In this document: positions 28,300 to 41,680 of the stretch, piece after piece
How the letters are laid out: each line of letters starts with the position of its first letter
Position numbering within the stretch: position 1 is the first letter of the stretch
Source: the human T2T-CHM13v2.0 reference genome, Homo sapiens
Strand: one strand, 5' to 3'
Assembly: GCF_009914755.1 (NCBI RefSeq)
Contig: NC_060933.1
DNA: 64,000 bases
Program-made: the position numbers and the translations under genes
The notes under the pieces: generated by a model
What the model was told of the DNA's origin: nothing
Seen by the model: only the letters and a program-made list of their open reading frames with translations
Database searches by the model: none

Positions 28300-31200
28300 T
28301 GGAATGCAATGGAATGGAATCATCCGTAATGGAATGGAAAGGAATGGAATGGAATGGAATGGAATGGAATGGAATGGAATCAACTCGATTGCAATCCAAT
28401 GGAAAGGAATGGAACTAACCCGAATAGAAAGGAATGGAATGGAATGGAATGGAACGGAACGGAATGGAATGGAATGGAATGGAATGGAACGGAAAGGAAT
28501 GGAATGGAATGGAATGGAATGGAATGGAATGGAATGGAATGGAATGGAATCAACGCGAGTGCAGGGGAATGGAATGGAATGGAATGCAATGGAATGGAAT
28601 CTTCCGGAATGGAATGGAATGGAATGGAATGGAATGGAATGGAATGGAATGGAATGGAATCAACACGATTGCAATCGAATGGAATGGAATGGAATTAACC
28701 CGAATAGAATGGAATGGAATGGAATGGAACGGAACGGAATGGAATGGAATGGAATGGAATGGAATGGAACGGAACGGAATGGAATGGAATGGAATGGAAT
28801 GGAATGGAATGGAATAAACCCGAATGCAATGGAATGGAGTGGAATGGAATGGAATGGAATGGAACAGCCCGAATGGAATGGAATGTAATATAGAGTAAGG
28901 GAGTTGAATAGAATCAATCCGAATGTAATGGAATGGAATGGAACGGAATGGAATTGAATGGAATGGAATGGAATGCAATGGAATGGAATCAACCCGAGTG
29001 CAATAGAATGGAGAGGAATGGAATGGAATGGAATGGAAACTACCCGAATGGAATGGAATGTAATGGAGAGTAAGGGAATTGAATAGAATCAATCCGAATG
29101 TAATGGAAAGGAATGGAACGGAATGGAATGGAATGGAATGGAATGCAATGGAATGGAATCAACCCGAGTGCAATCGAATGGAATCGAATGGAATGGAATG
29201 CAATGGAATGGATTCAACTTGAATGGAATGGAAAGAATGGAATCAACACGAGTGGAAGGGCATGGATTGGAATGCAATGGAATAGAATCAACCCGAGTAC
29301 AGGGGAATGGAATGGAATGGAATGCAATGGAATGGATTCATCCGTAATGGAATGGAAAGGAATGGAATGGAATGGAATGGAATGGAATGCAATGGAATCA
29401 ACACGATTGCAATCGAATGGAATGGAATGGAATTAAACCGAATAGAATGGAATGGAATGGAATGGAACGGAACGGAACGGAATGGAATGGAATGGAATGG
29501 AACGGAAGGGAACGGAATGGAATGGAATGGAATGGAATGGAAACAACGCGAGTGCAGGGTAATGGAATGGAATGGAATGCAATGGAATGGAATCTTCCGG
29601 AATACAATGGAATGGAATGGAATGGAATGGAATGGAATGGAATGGAATGGAATCAACTCGATTGCAATCGAATGGAATGGAATGGAATTAACCCGAATAG
29701 AATGGAATGGAATGGAATGGAACGGAACGGAACGGAACGAAACGGAATGGAATGGAATGGAATGGAATGGAATGGAACGGAAAGGAATGGAATGGAACGG
29801 AATGGAATGGAATGGAATCAACGCGAGTGCAGGGGAATGGAATGTAATGGAATGCAATGGAATGGAATCTTCCGGAATGGAATGGAATGGAATGGAATGG
29901 AATGGAATGGAATGGAATCAACGCGAGTGCAGGGGAATGGAATGGAATGGAATGCAATGGAATGGAATCTTCCGGAATGGAATGGAATGGAATGGAATGA
30001 AATGCAATGGATTCAACTCGATTGCAATGGAATGGAATAGAATGGAATGGAATGGAATGGAATGGAATTAACCCGAATAGAATGGAATGGAATGCAATGG
30101 AACGGAATGGAACGGAATGGAACGGAATGGAATGGAATGGAATGGAATGGAATGGTATGGAATGGAATGGAATGGTACGGAATAGAATGGAATGTAACGA
30201 ATTGTAATGGAATGGAATTGAATTGAATGGAATTGAATCAACGCGAGTGCAGGGGAATGTAATGGAACGGAATGCAATGGAATGGAATCATCCGGAATGG
30301 AATGGAATGGAATGGAATGGAATAGAATGGAATCATCCCGAGTGCAATGGAATGGAGTGGAATGGAATGGAATGGAATGGAACAACCCGAATGGAATGGA
30401 ATGTAATGGAGAGTAAGAGAGTTGAATAGAATCAATACGAATGTAATGGAATGGAATGCAACGGAATGGAATAGAATGGAATGCAATGGAATGCAATCAA
30501 CCCGAGTACAATGGAATGGAATGGAATGGAATGGAATGGAATGCAATGGAATGCCTTCAAACCGAATGGAATGGAAAGGAATGGAATCAACACGAGTGGA
30601 ATGGAATGGAATGGAATGGAATGGAATGGAATGGAATGGAATGATACGGAATAGAATGGAATGGAACGAAATGGAATGGAATGGAATGGAATTGAATGGA
30701 ATGGAATCGTTCCGAGTGGAATAGGAGGGAATGTATTCGAGTGGAATGGAAAGGAATGGAATCAACCAGAGTGGAATGGAAGGGAATGGAATGGAATGGA
30801 AACTAATAGAATGGAATCAACCCGAGTGGAATGGAATGGAAAGGACTGGAATGGAATGGAATGGAATGCAATGGAATGGAATCAACTCGATTGGAATGGA
30901 ATGGAATGGAATTAACCCGAATACAATGGAATGGAATGGAATGGAACGGAATGGAGTGGAATGGAATGGAATCAACCCGAGTGCAGGGGAATGGAATGGA
31001 ATCGAATGCAATGGAATGGAATCATCCGGAATGGAATGGAATGGAATGGAATGCAAAGCAATGGAATCAACTGGATTGCAATGGAATGGAATGGAATGGA
31101 AAGGAAAACATTGGAATCAACCCGAGTGGAATGCAATGGAAAGGACTGGAATGGAGTGGAATGGAATGGAATGGAATGGAATGGAATGGAATGGAATGGA

Positions 31201-34200
31201 ATCAACTCGATTGGAATGGAATGGAATGGAATGGAATGGAATGGAATTAACCCGAATAAAATGGAATGGAATGGAATGGAATGGAATGGAACGGAACGGA
31301 ATGGAATGGAATGGAATGGAATGGAATGGAATGGAATGGAATCAACCCGACTGCAGGGGAATGGTATGGAATGGAATGCAATGGAATGGATTCAACTTGA
31401 ATGAAATGGAAAGAATGGAATCAACACGAGTGGAATGGCATGGATTGGAATGGAATGGAATGGAATGAACCCGAGTACAGGGGAATGGAATGGAATGGAA
31501 TGCAATGGAATGGAATCATCCGTAACGGAATGGAAAGGAATGGAATGGAATGGAATGGAATGGAATGGAATGGAATCAACTCGATTGCAATCGAATGGAA
31601 TGGAATGGAATTAACCCGAATAGAAAGGAATGGAATGGAATGGAACGGAACGGAACGGAATGGAATGGAATGGAATGGAATGGAACGGAAAGGAATGGAA
31701 TGGAATGGAATGGAATGGAATGGAATGGAATGGAATGGAATCAACGCGAGTGCAGGGGAATGGAATGGAATGGAATGCAATGGAATGGAATCTTCCGGAA
31801 TGGAATGGAATGGAATGGAATGGGATGGAATGGAATGGAATAAACCCGAATGCAATGGAATGGAGTGGAACGGAATAGAATGGAATGGAACAGCCCGAAT
31901 GGAATGGAATGTAATAGAGAGTAAGGGAGTTGAATAGAATCAATCCGAATGTAATGGAATGGAATGGAACGGAATGGAATGGAATGGAATGGAATGGAAT
32001 GCAATGGAATGGAATCAACCCGAGTGCAATGGAATGGAGAGGAATGGAATGGAATGGAATGGAAACTACCCGAATGGAATGGAATGTAATGGAGAGTAAG
32101 GGAATTGAATAGAATCAATCCGAATGTAATGGAATGGAATGGAACGGAATGGAATGGAATGGAATGGAATGCAATGGAATGGAATCAACCCGAGTGCAAT
32201 CGAATGGAATCGAATGGAATGGAATGCAATGGAATGGATTCAACTTGAATGGAATGGAAAGAATGGAATCAACACGAGTGGAAGGGCATGGATTGGAATG
32301 CAATGGAATAGAATCAACCCGAGTACAGGGGAATGGAATGGAATGGAATGCAATGGAATGGAATCATCCGTAATGGAATGGAAAGGAATGGAATGGAATG
32401 GAATGGAATGGAATGGAATCAACACGATTGCAATCGAATGGAATGGAATGGAATTAACCCGAATAGAATGGAATGCAATGGAATGGAACGGAACGGAACG
32501 GAATGGAATGGAATGGAATGGAATAGAACGGAACGGAACGGAATGGAATAGAATGGAATGGAATGGAATGGAATGGAAAAAACGCGAGTGCAGGGGAATG
32601 GAATGGAATGGAATGCAATGGAATGGAATCTTCCGGAATGCAATGGAATGGAATGGAATGGAATGGAATGGAATGGAATGGAATCAACTCGATTGCAATC
32701 GAATGGAATGGAATGGAATTAACCCGAATAGAATGGAATGGAATGGAATGGAACAGAACGGAACGGAACGAAACGGAACGGAATGGAATGGAATGGAATG
32801 GAATAGAACGGAAAGGAATGGAATGGAACGGAATGGAATGGAATGGAATGGAATGGAATCAACGCGAGTGCAGGGGAATGGAATGTAATGGAATGCAATG
32901 GAATGGAATCTTCCGGAATGGAATGGAATGGAATGGAATGGAATGGAATGGAATGGAATCAACGCTAGTGCAGGGGAATGGAATGGAATGGAATGAAATG
33001 CAATGGATTCTACTCGATTGCAATGGAATGGAATAGAATGGAATGGAATGGAATGGAATGGAATTAACCCGAATAGAATGGAATGGAATGCAATGGTATG
33101 GAATGGAACGGAATGGAATGGAATGGAATGGAATGGAATGGAATGGTATGGAATGGAATGGAATGGTACGGAATAGAATGGAATGTAACGAATTGTAATG
33201 GAATGGAATTGAATGGAATGGAATGGAATCAACGCGAGTGCAGGGGAATGTAATGGAACGGAATGCAATGGAATTGAATCATCCGGAATGGAATGGAATG
33301 GAATGGAATGGAATAGAATGGAATCATCCCGAGTGCAATGGAATGGAGTGGAATGGAATGGAATGGAATGGAACAACCCGAATGGAATGGAATGTAATGG
33401 AGAGTAAGGGAGTTGAATAGAATCAATCCGAATGTAATGGAATGGAATGCAACGGAATGGAATGGAATGGAATGGAAAGGAATAGAATGGAATGGAATGG
33501 AATGCAATGGAATGGAATCAACCCGAGTACAATGGAATGGAATGGAATGGAATGGAATGGAATGGAATGGAATGGAATGGAATGGAATGCCTTCAAACCG
33601 AATGGAATGGAAAGGAATGGAATCAACACGAGTGGAATGGAATGGAATGGAATGGAATGGAATGGAATGGAATGATACGGAATAGAATGGAATGGAACGA
33701 AATGGAATGGAATGGAATGGAATGGAATGGAATGGAATGGAATGGAATCGTTCCGAGTGGAATAGGAGGGAATGTATTCGAGTGGAATGGAAAGGAATGG
33801 AATCAACCAGAGTGGAATGGAAGGGAATGGAATGGAATGGAAACTAATAGAATGGAATCAACCCGAGTGGAATGGAATGGAAAGGACTGGAATGGAATGG
33901 AATGGAATGGAATGGAATCAACTCGATTGGAATGGAATGGAATGGAATGGAATAGAACTAACCCGAATACAATGGAATGGAATGGAATGGAACGGAATGG
34001 AGTTGAATGGAATGGAATCAACCCGAGTGCAGGGGAATGGAATGGAATGGAATGCAATGGAATGGAATCATCCGGAATGGAATGGAAGGGAATGGAATGC
34101 AAAGCAATGGAATCAACTCGATTGCAATGGAATGGAATGGAATGGAAAGGAATACATTGGAATCAACCCGAGTGGAATGGAATGGAAAGGACTGGAATGG

Positions 34201-34555
34201 AGTGGAATGGAATGGAATGGAATGGAATGGAATGGAATGGAATGGAATCAACTCGATTGGAATGGAATGGAATGGAATGGAATGGAATGGAATGGAATTA
34301 ACCCAAATAGAATGGAATGGAATGGAACGGAACGGAACGGAATAGAATGGAATGGAATGGAATGGAATGGAATGGAATGGAATCAACCAGACTGCAGGGG
34401 AATGGAATGGAATGGAATGCAATGGAATGAATTCAACTTGAATGGAATGGAAAGAATGGAATCAACACGAGTGGAATGGCATGGATTGGAATGGAATGGA
34501 ATGGAATGAACCCGAGTACAGGGGAATGGAATGGAATGGAATGCAATGGAATGGA
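28300..34555 (+). repeat. ~3.0 kb tandem duplication (2 copies, ~28.3-31.5 kb and ~31.5-34.55 kb)
   Basis: Shared private variants at ~3.0 kb offset: TAAACCCGAATGC (28815/31841), CAGCCCGAAT (28865/31891), AATGTAACGA (30191/33182), CATCCCGAGTGC (30334/33325), TGAACCCGAGTAC (~31466/~34507). Confidence 0.85.
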
Positions 34556-37500
34556 ATCATCCGGAATTGAATGGAATGGAATGGAATCAACTCGATTGCA
34601 ATGGAATGGAATTGAATGGAATGGAATGGAATGGAATGGAATGGAATGGAATTAACCCGAATAGAATGGAATGGAATGGAATGGAATGGAATGGAATGGA
34701 ATGGTACGGAATAGAATGGAATGGAACGAAATGGAATGGAATGAAATGGAATGGAATGGAATGGAATGGAATCAACCCGACTGCAGGGGAATGGAATGGA
34801 ATTGAAGGCAATGGAATGGAATCATCCAGAATTGAATGGAATGGAATGGAATCAACTCGATTGCAATGGAATGCAATGGAATGGAATGGAATGGAATGGA
34901 ATGGAATGGAATGGAATTAACCCGAATAGAATGGAATGCAATGGAATGGAATGGAATGGAAGTAAATGGAATGGAATGTAATGAACCCGAGTGCAGGGGA
35001 ATGGAATGGAATGGAATGCAATGGAATGGAGTCATCCGGAATGGAACAGAAAGGAATGGAATGGAATGAACCCGTGTGCAATGGAATGGAATCGAATGGA
35101 ATGGAATGGAATGGAATGGATTCAACTCTAATGGAATGGAAGGGAATGGAATCAACGCGAGTGGAATGACATGGAATGGAATGGAATGGAAAGGAATGGA
35201 ATGGAATGGAATGGAATGGTACGGAATAGAATGGAATGGAACGAAATGGAATGGAAAGAAATGGAATGGAATGGAATGGAATGGAATGGAATGGAATGAA
35301 ATCAACCCGAGTGCAGGGGAACGGAATGGAATTGAAGGCAATGGAATGGAATCATCCGGAATTGAATGGAATGGAATGGAATCAACTCGATTGCAATGGA
35401 ATGGAATGGAATGGAATGGAATGGAATGGAATGGAATGGAATGGAATGGAATTAACCCGAATAGAATGGAATGGAATGGAATGGAATGGAATGGAATGGA
35501 ATGGAATGGAATGGTACGGAATAGAATGGAATGGAACCAAATGGAATGGAATGAAATGGAGTGGAATGGAATGGAATGGAATGGAATCAACCCGACTGCA
35601 GGGGAATGGAATGGAATTGAAGGCAATGGAATGGAATCATCCGGAATTGAATGGAATGGAATGGAATCAACTCGATTGCAATGGAATGCAATGGAATGGA
35701 ATGGAATGGAATGGAATGGAATGGAATTAACCCGAATAGAATGGAATGGGATGGAATGGAATGGAATGGAAGTAAATGGAATGGAATGTAATGAACCCGA
35801 GTGCAGGGGAATGGAATGGAATGGAATGCAATGGAATGGAGTCATCCGGAATGGAACAGAAAGGAATGGAATGGAATCAACCCGTGTGCAATGGAATGGA
35901 AAGGAATGGAATGGAATGGAATGGAATGGAATGGAATGGAATGGATTCAACCCGAATGGAATGGAAAGGAAGGGAATCAACCCAAGTGGAATGGCATGGA
36001 ATGGAATGGAATGGAATGGAATGCAGTGGAATGGAATCAAACCTAGTGCAATGGAATGGAATGGAATGGAATGGAATGGAATGGAATGGAATGGATTCAA
36101 TCCAAATGGAATGGAAAGCAATGGAATCAACCCGAGTGGAATGGCATGGAAAGGAATGGAATGGAATGGAATGGAATGGAATGGAACGGAATAGAACGGA
36201 ATGGACCGAAATGGAATGGGATGGAATGGAATGGAACGGAATGGAATGGAATCAACTCGATTGCAATGGAATGTAATGGAATGGAATGGAATGCAATTAA
36301 CGCGAATAGAATGGAATGGAATGGAAAGGAACGGAATGGAATGGAATGGAATGGAATCGAATGGAATCAACCTGAGTGCAGGGGAATGGAATGGAATGGA
36401 ATGCAATGGAATGTAATGGAATGGAATGCAATGGAATCAACTCGACTGCAATGGGATGGAATGGAATGGAATGGAAGGGAAAGGAATAGAATGGAATTAA
36501 CCTGAACAGAATGGAATGGAATGGAATGGAACGGAATGGAATGGAACGGAATGGAATGGAATGGAATGGAATGAACCCGTGTGCAATGGAATGGAATGGA
36601 ATGGAATGGAATGGAATGGGTTCAACTCGAATGGAATGGAAAGGAATGGAATCAACACGAGTGGAATGGCATGGAATGGAATGGAATGGAATGGAATGGA
36701 ATGGAATGGAATGGAATGAAATGTAATGTAATGGAATGGAATGGAATCATCCCGAGTGCAGTGTAATGGAATCGAATGGAATGGAATGGAATGGAATGGA
36801 TTCAACACGAATGTAATGGAAAGGAATGGAATAAACCCGCGTGGAATGGCATGGAATGGAGTGGAATGGAATGAAATGTAAAGGAATGGAATGGAATGGA
36901 ATCAACCCGAGTGCAATGTAATGGAATCGAATGGAATGGAATGGAATGGAATGGATTCAACCAGAATGGAATGGAAAGGAATGGAATAAACCCGAGTGGA
37001 ATGGCATGGAATGGAGTGGAATGGAATGGAATGGAATGGAATGGAATGGAATGGTACGGAATAGAATGGAATGGAACGAAATGGAATGGAATGGAATGGA
37101 ATGGAATGGAATGGAATGGAATGGAATGAACCCGTGTGCAATAGAATGGAATCGAATGGAATGGAATGGATTGGAATGGATTGAACTCCAATGGAATGGA
37201 AAGGAATGGAATCAACCCGAGTGGAATGGCATGGAATGGAATTGAATGGAATGGAATGGAATGGAATGGTACGGAATAGAATGGAAAGGAACGAAATGGA
37301 ATGGAATGAAATGGAATGGAATGGAATGGAATGGAATGGAATCAACCCGAGTGCAGGGGAATGGAATGGAATTGAAGGCAATGGAATGGAATCATCCGGA
37401 ATTGAATGGAATGGAATGGAATCAACTCGATTGCAATGGAATGGAATGGAATGGAATGGAATGGAATGGAATGGAATGGAATGGAATGGAATTAACCCGA

Positions 37501-40500
37501 ATAGAATGGAATGGAATGGAATGGAAGTAAATGGAATGGAAGGCAATGAACCCGAGTGCAGGGCAATGGAATGGAATGGAATGGAATGCAATGGAATGGA
37601 GTCATCCGGAATGGAACGGAGAGGAACGGAATGGAACCAACCCGTGTGCAATGGAATGGAAAGGAATGGAATGGAATGGAATGGAATGGAATGGATTCAA
37701 CCAGAATGGAATGGAAAGGAAGGGAATCAACCCAAGTGGAATGGCATGGAATGGAATGGATTGGAATGGAATGGAATGGAATGGTACCGAATAGAATGGA
37801 ATGGAAGGAAATGGAATAGAATGCAATGGAATGGAATGCAATCAACCCGAGTGCAATGGAATGGAGTGGAATGGATTGGAATGGAATGGAAACAACCTGA
37901 ATGGAATGGAATGAAATGGAGTGTAAGGGAATTGAATACAATCAATCCGAATGTAATGGAATGGAATGGAATGGAACGGAATGGAATGGAATGGAATGCA
38001 GTGGAATGGAATCAAACCTAGTGCAATGGAATAGAATGGAATGGAATGGAATGGAATGGAATGGAATGGATTCAACCCAAATGGAATGGAAAGCCATGGA
38101 ATCAACCCGAGTGGAATGGCATGGAATGGAATGGAATGGAATGGTATGGAATAGAATGCAATGGAACGAAATGGAATGGAATGGAATGGAATGGAATGGA
38201 ATGGAATGCAATCATTCCGAGTGGAATAGAAGGGAATGAATTCGAGTGGAATGGAAAGGAATGGAATCAACCAGAGTGGAATGGAAGGGAATGGAATGGA
38301 ATGGAAACTAATAAAATGGAATCAAAACGAGTGGAATGGAATGGAAAGGACTTGAATGGAATGGAATGGAATGGAATGGAATGGAATGGAATGGAATCAA
38401 CTCGATTGCGATGGAATGTAAGGGAATGGAATGGAATGGAATTAACCCGAATAGAATGGAATGGAATGGAATGGAATGGAATGGAATGGAATCAACCTGA
38501 GTGCAGGGGAATGGAATGCAATGGAATGCAATGGAATGGAATGGAATGGAATGCAATGGAATCAACTAGATTGCAATGGAATGGAATGGAATGGAATGGA
38601 ATGGAATGGAATGGAAGGGAATGGAATGGAATGGAATTAACCTGAACAGAATGGAATGGAATGGAATGGAATGGAATGGAATGGAATGGAACGGAATGGA
38701 ATGGAATGGAATGGAATGGAATCAACCAGAGTGCAGGGGAATGGAATGGAATGGAATGCAATGGAATGGAATCATCCGGAATGGAATTGAATGGAATGGA
38801 ATGCAATGGAATGGAATCAATCAACCCGAGTGCAATGCAATGCAGTGTAATGGAATCGAATGGAATGGAAACTACCCGAATGGAATGGAATGTAATGGAG
38901 TGTAAGGGAATTGAAAAGAATCAATCCGAATGTAATGGAATGGAATGGAACGGAATGAAATGGAATGGCATGGAATGGAATGAAATCAACCCGAGTGCAA
39001 TGGAATGGAATTGAACGGAATGGAATGGAAAGGAATGGATTCAAACCGAATGGAATGGAAAGGAATGTAATAAACCCGAGTGGAATGGCATGGAATGGAA
39101 TGAAATGGAGTGGAATGGAATGGAATGGAATGGAATGGTACGGAATAGAATGGAATGGAACGAAATGGAATAGAATGGAATGGAATGGAATGGAATGAAA
39201 CCGTGTGCAATGGAATGGAATGGAATGGAATGGAATGGAATGGAATGGAATGGGTTCGACTCGAATGGAATGGAATGGAATGGAATCAACCCGAGTGGAA
39301 TGGCATGGAATGGAATGGAATGGAATGGAATGGAATGGAATGGAATGGAATGGAAACAACACGAGTGCAATGGAATGGAATGGAATGGAATGGAATGGAA
39401 TGGAATGGAATGGAATGGAATGGATTCAACCCGAATGGAATGGAAAGGAATGGAATAAACCCGAGTGGAATGGCATGGAATGGAGTCTAATGGAATGGAA
39501 TGGAATGGAATGGTATGGAATAGAATGGAATGGAACGAAATGGAATGGAATGGAATGGAATGGAATGGAATGGAATGAAATGAACACGTGTGCAATGGAA
39601 TGCAATGGAATGGAATGGAATGGAATGGAATGGAATGGGTTCAACTCGAATGGAATGGAAAGGAATGGAATCAACCCGAGTAGAATGGCATGGAATGGAA
39701 TGGAATGGAATGGAATGGAATGGAATGGTACGGAATAGAATGGAATGGAGCGAAATGGAATGGAATGGAATGGAATGGAATGGAATGGAATGGATTGGAA
39801 TGAAATCGTGTGCAATGGAATGGAATGGAATGGAATGGAATGGAATGGAATGGAATGGAATGGAGTGGAATGGAATGGAATGGGTTCAACTCGAATGGAA
39901 TGGAAAGGAATGGAATCAACCCGAGTGGAGTGTCATGGAATGGAATGGAATAGGATGGAATGGAATGGAATGGAATCATCCCGAGTGCAATGTAATGGAA
40001 TCGAAAGGAATGGAATGGAATGGAATGGAATGGATTCAACCCGAATGGAATGAAAAGAAATGGAATAAACCCGAGTGGAATGGCATGGAATGGAGTGGAA
40101 TTGAATGGAATGGAATGGTACAGAATAGAATGGAATGGAACGAAATGGAATGGAATAGAATGGAATGGAATGGAATGGAATGGAATGGAATGGAATGAAC
40201 CCGTGTGCAATGGAATGGAATGGAATGGAATGGAATGGAATGGATTCAACTCGAATGGAATGGAAGGGAAAGGAATCAACCCGAGTGGAATGGCATGGAA
40301 TGGAGTGGAATGGAATGCAATGGAATGGAATGGAATAGAATGGAATGGAATGGAATGGTACAGAATAAAATGGAATGGAACGAAATGGAATGGAATGAAA
40401 TGGAATGGAATGGAATGGAATGGAATGGAACGGAACGGAATGGTATGGAATGGAATGGAATGGAATGGAATGGTACGGAATATAATGGAATGGAACGAAA

Positions 40501-41680
40501 TGGAATGGAATGAAATGGAATGGAATGGAATGGAATCAACCCGAGTGCAGGGGAATGGAATGGAATTGAAGGCAATGGAATGGAATCATCCGGAATTGAA
40601 TGGAATGGAATGGAATCAACTCGATTGCAATGGAATGGAATGGAATGGAATGGAATGGAATGGAATGGAATGGAATGGAATGGAATTAACCCGAATAGAA
40701 TGGAATGGAATGGAATGGAATGGAATGGAATGGAATGGAATGGAATGGTACGGAATAGAATGGAATGGAACGAAATGGAACGGAATGAAATGGAATGGAA
40801 TGGAATGGAATGGAATGGAATGGAATCAACCCGAGTGTAGGGGAATGGAATGGAATTGAAGGCAATGGAATGGAATCATCCGGAATGGAATGGAATGGAA
40901 TGGAATCAACTCGATTGCAATGGAATGGAATGGAATGGAATGGAATGGAATGGAATGGAATTAATCCGAATAGAATGTAATAGAATGGAATGGAATGGAA
41001 TGGTAGTAAATGGAATGGAATGGAATGAACCCGAGTGCAGGGGAATGGAATGGAATGGAATGGAATGGAATGGAATGGAATGGAATGCAGTGGAATGGAA
41101 TCAAACCTAGTGCAATTGAATGGAATGGAATGGAATGGAATGGAATGGAATGGAATGGAATGGAATGGAATGGATTCAACCCAAATGGAATGGAAAGCAA
41201 TGGAATCAACCCGAGTGGAATGGCATGGAATGGAATGGAATGAAATGTAATGGAATGTAATGGAATGGAATGGAATGGTACGGAATAAAATGGAATGGAA
41301 CGAAATGGAATGGAATGGAATGGAATGGAATGGAATGGAATGGAATCATTCCGAGTGGAATAGAAGGGAATGAATTCGAGTGGAATGGAAAGGAATGGAA
41401 TCAACCAGAGTGGAATGGAAGGGAATGGAATGGAATGGAAACTAATAAAATGGAATCAACACGACTGGAATGGAATGGAAAGGACTTGAATGGAATGGAA
41501 TGGAATGGAATGGAATCAAGTCCATTGCAATGGAATGTAATGGAATGGAGTGGAATGGAATTAACTCGAATAGAATGGAATGGAATGGAATGGAATGGAA
41601 TGGAATGGAATGGAATCAACCTGAGTGCAGGGGAATGGAATGCAATGGAATGCAATGGAACGCAATGGAATGGAATGGAA
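34556..41680 (+). repeat. Dialect-B satellite sub-domain 3
   Basis: Same B-specific words. Only one register slip (~38817) in ~7 kb. Confidence 0.78.
36590..41660 (+). repeat. Diverged ~3.1-3.2 kb-spaced duplication in dialect B (~36.6-38.55 kb vs ~39.85-41.66 kb)
   Basis: ATCATCCCGAGTGC (~36746/~39975), ACCTAGTGCA (38017/41105), and TCATTCCGAGTGGAATAGAAGGGAATGAATTCGAG with GAATTC at 38238 and 41372. ACTAATAAAA and AGGACTTGAA also occur in both copies. Confidence 0.72.

Noticed and set aside
34772-36406. Longest ORF (544 aa, minus strand)
   Set aside because: It is an IPFHS-repeat translation of the satellite. Its length reflects chance absence of stop-generating variant words in that frame.
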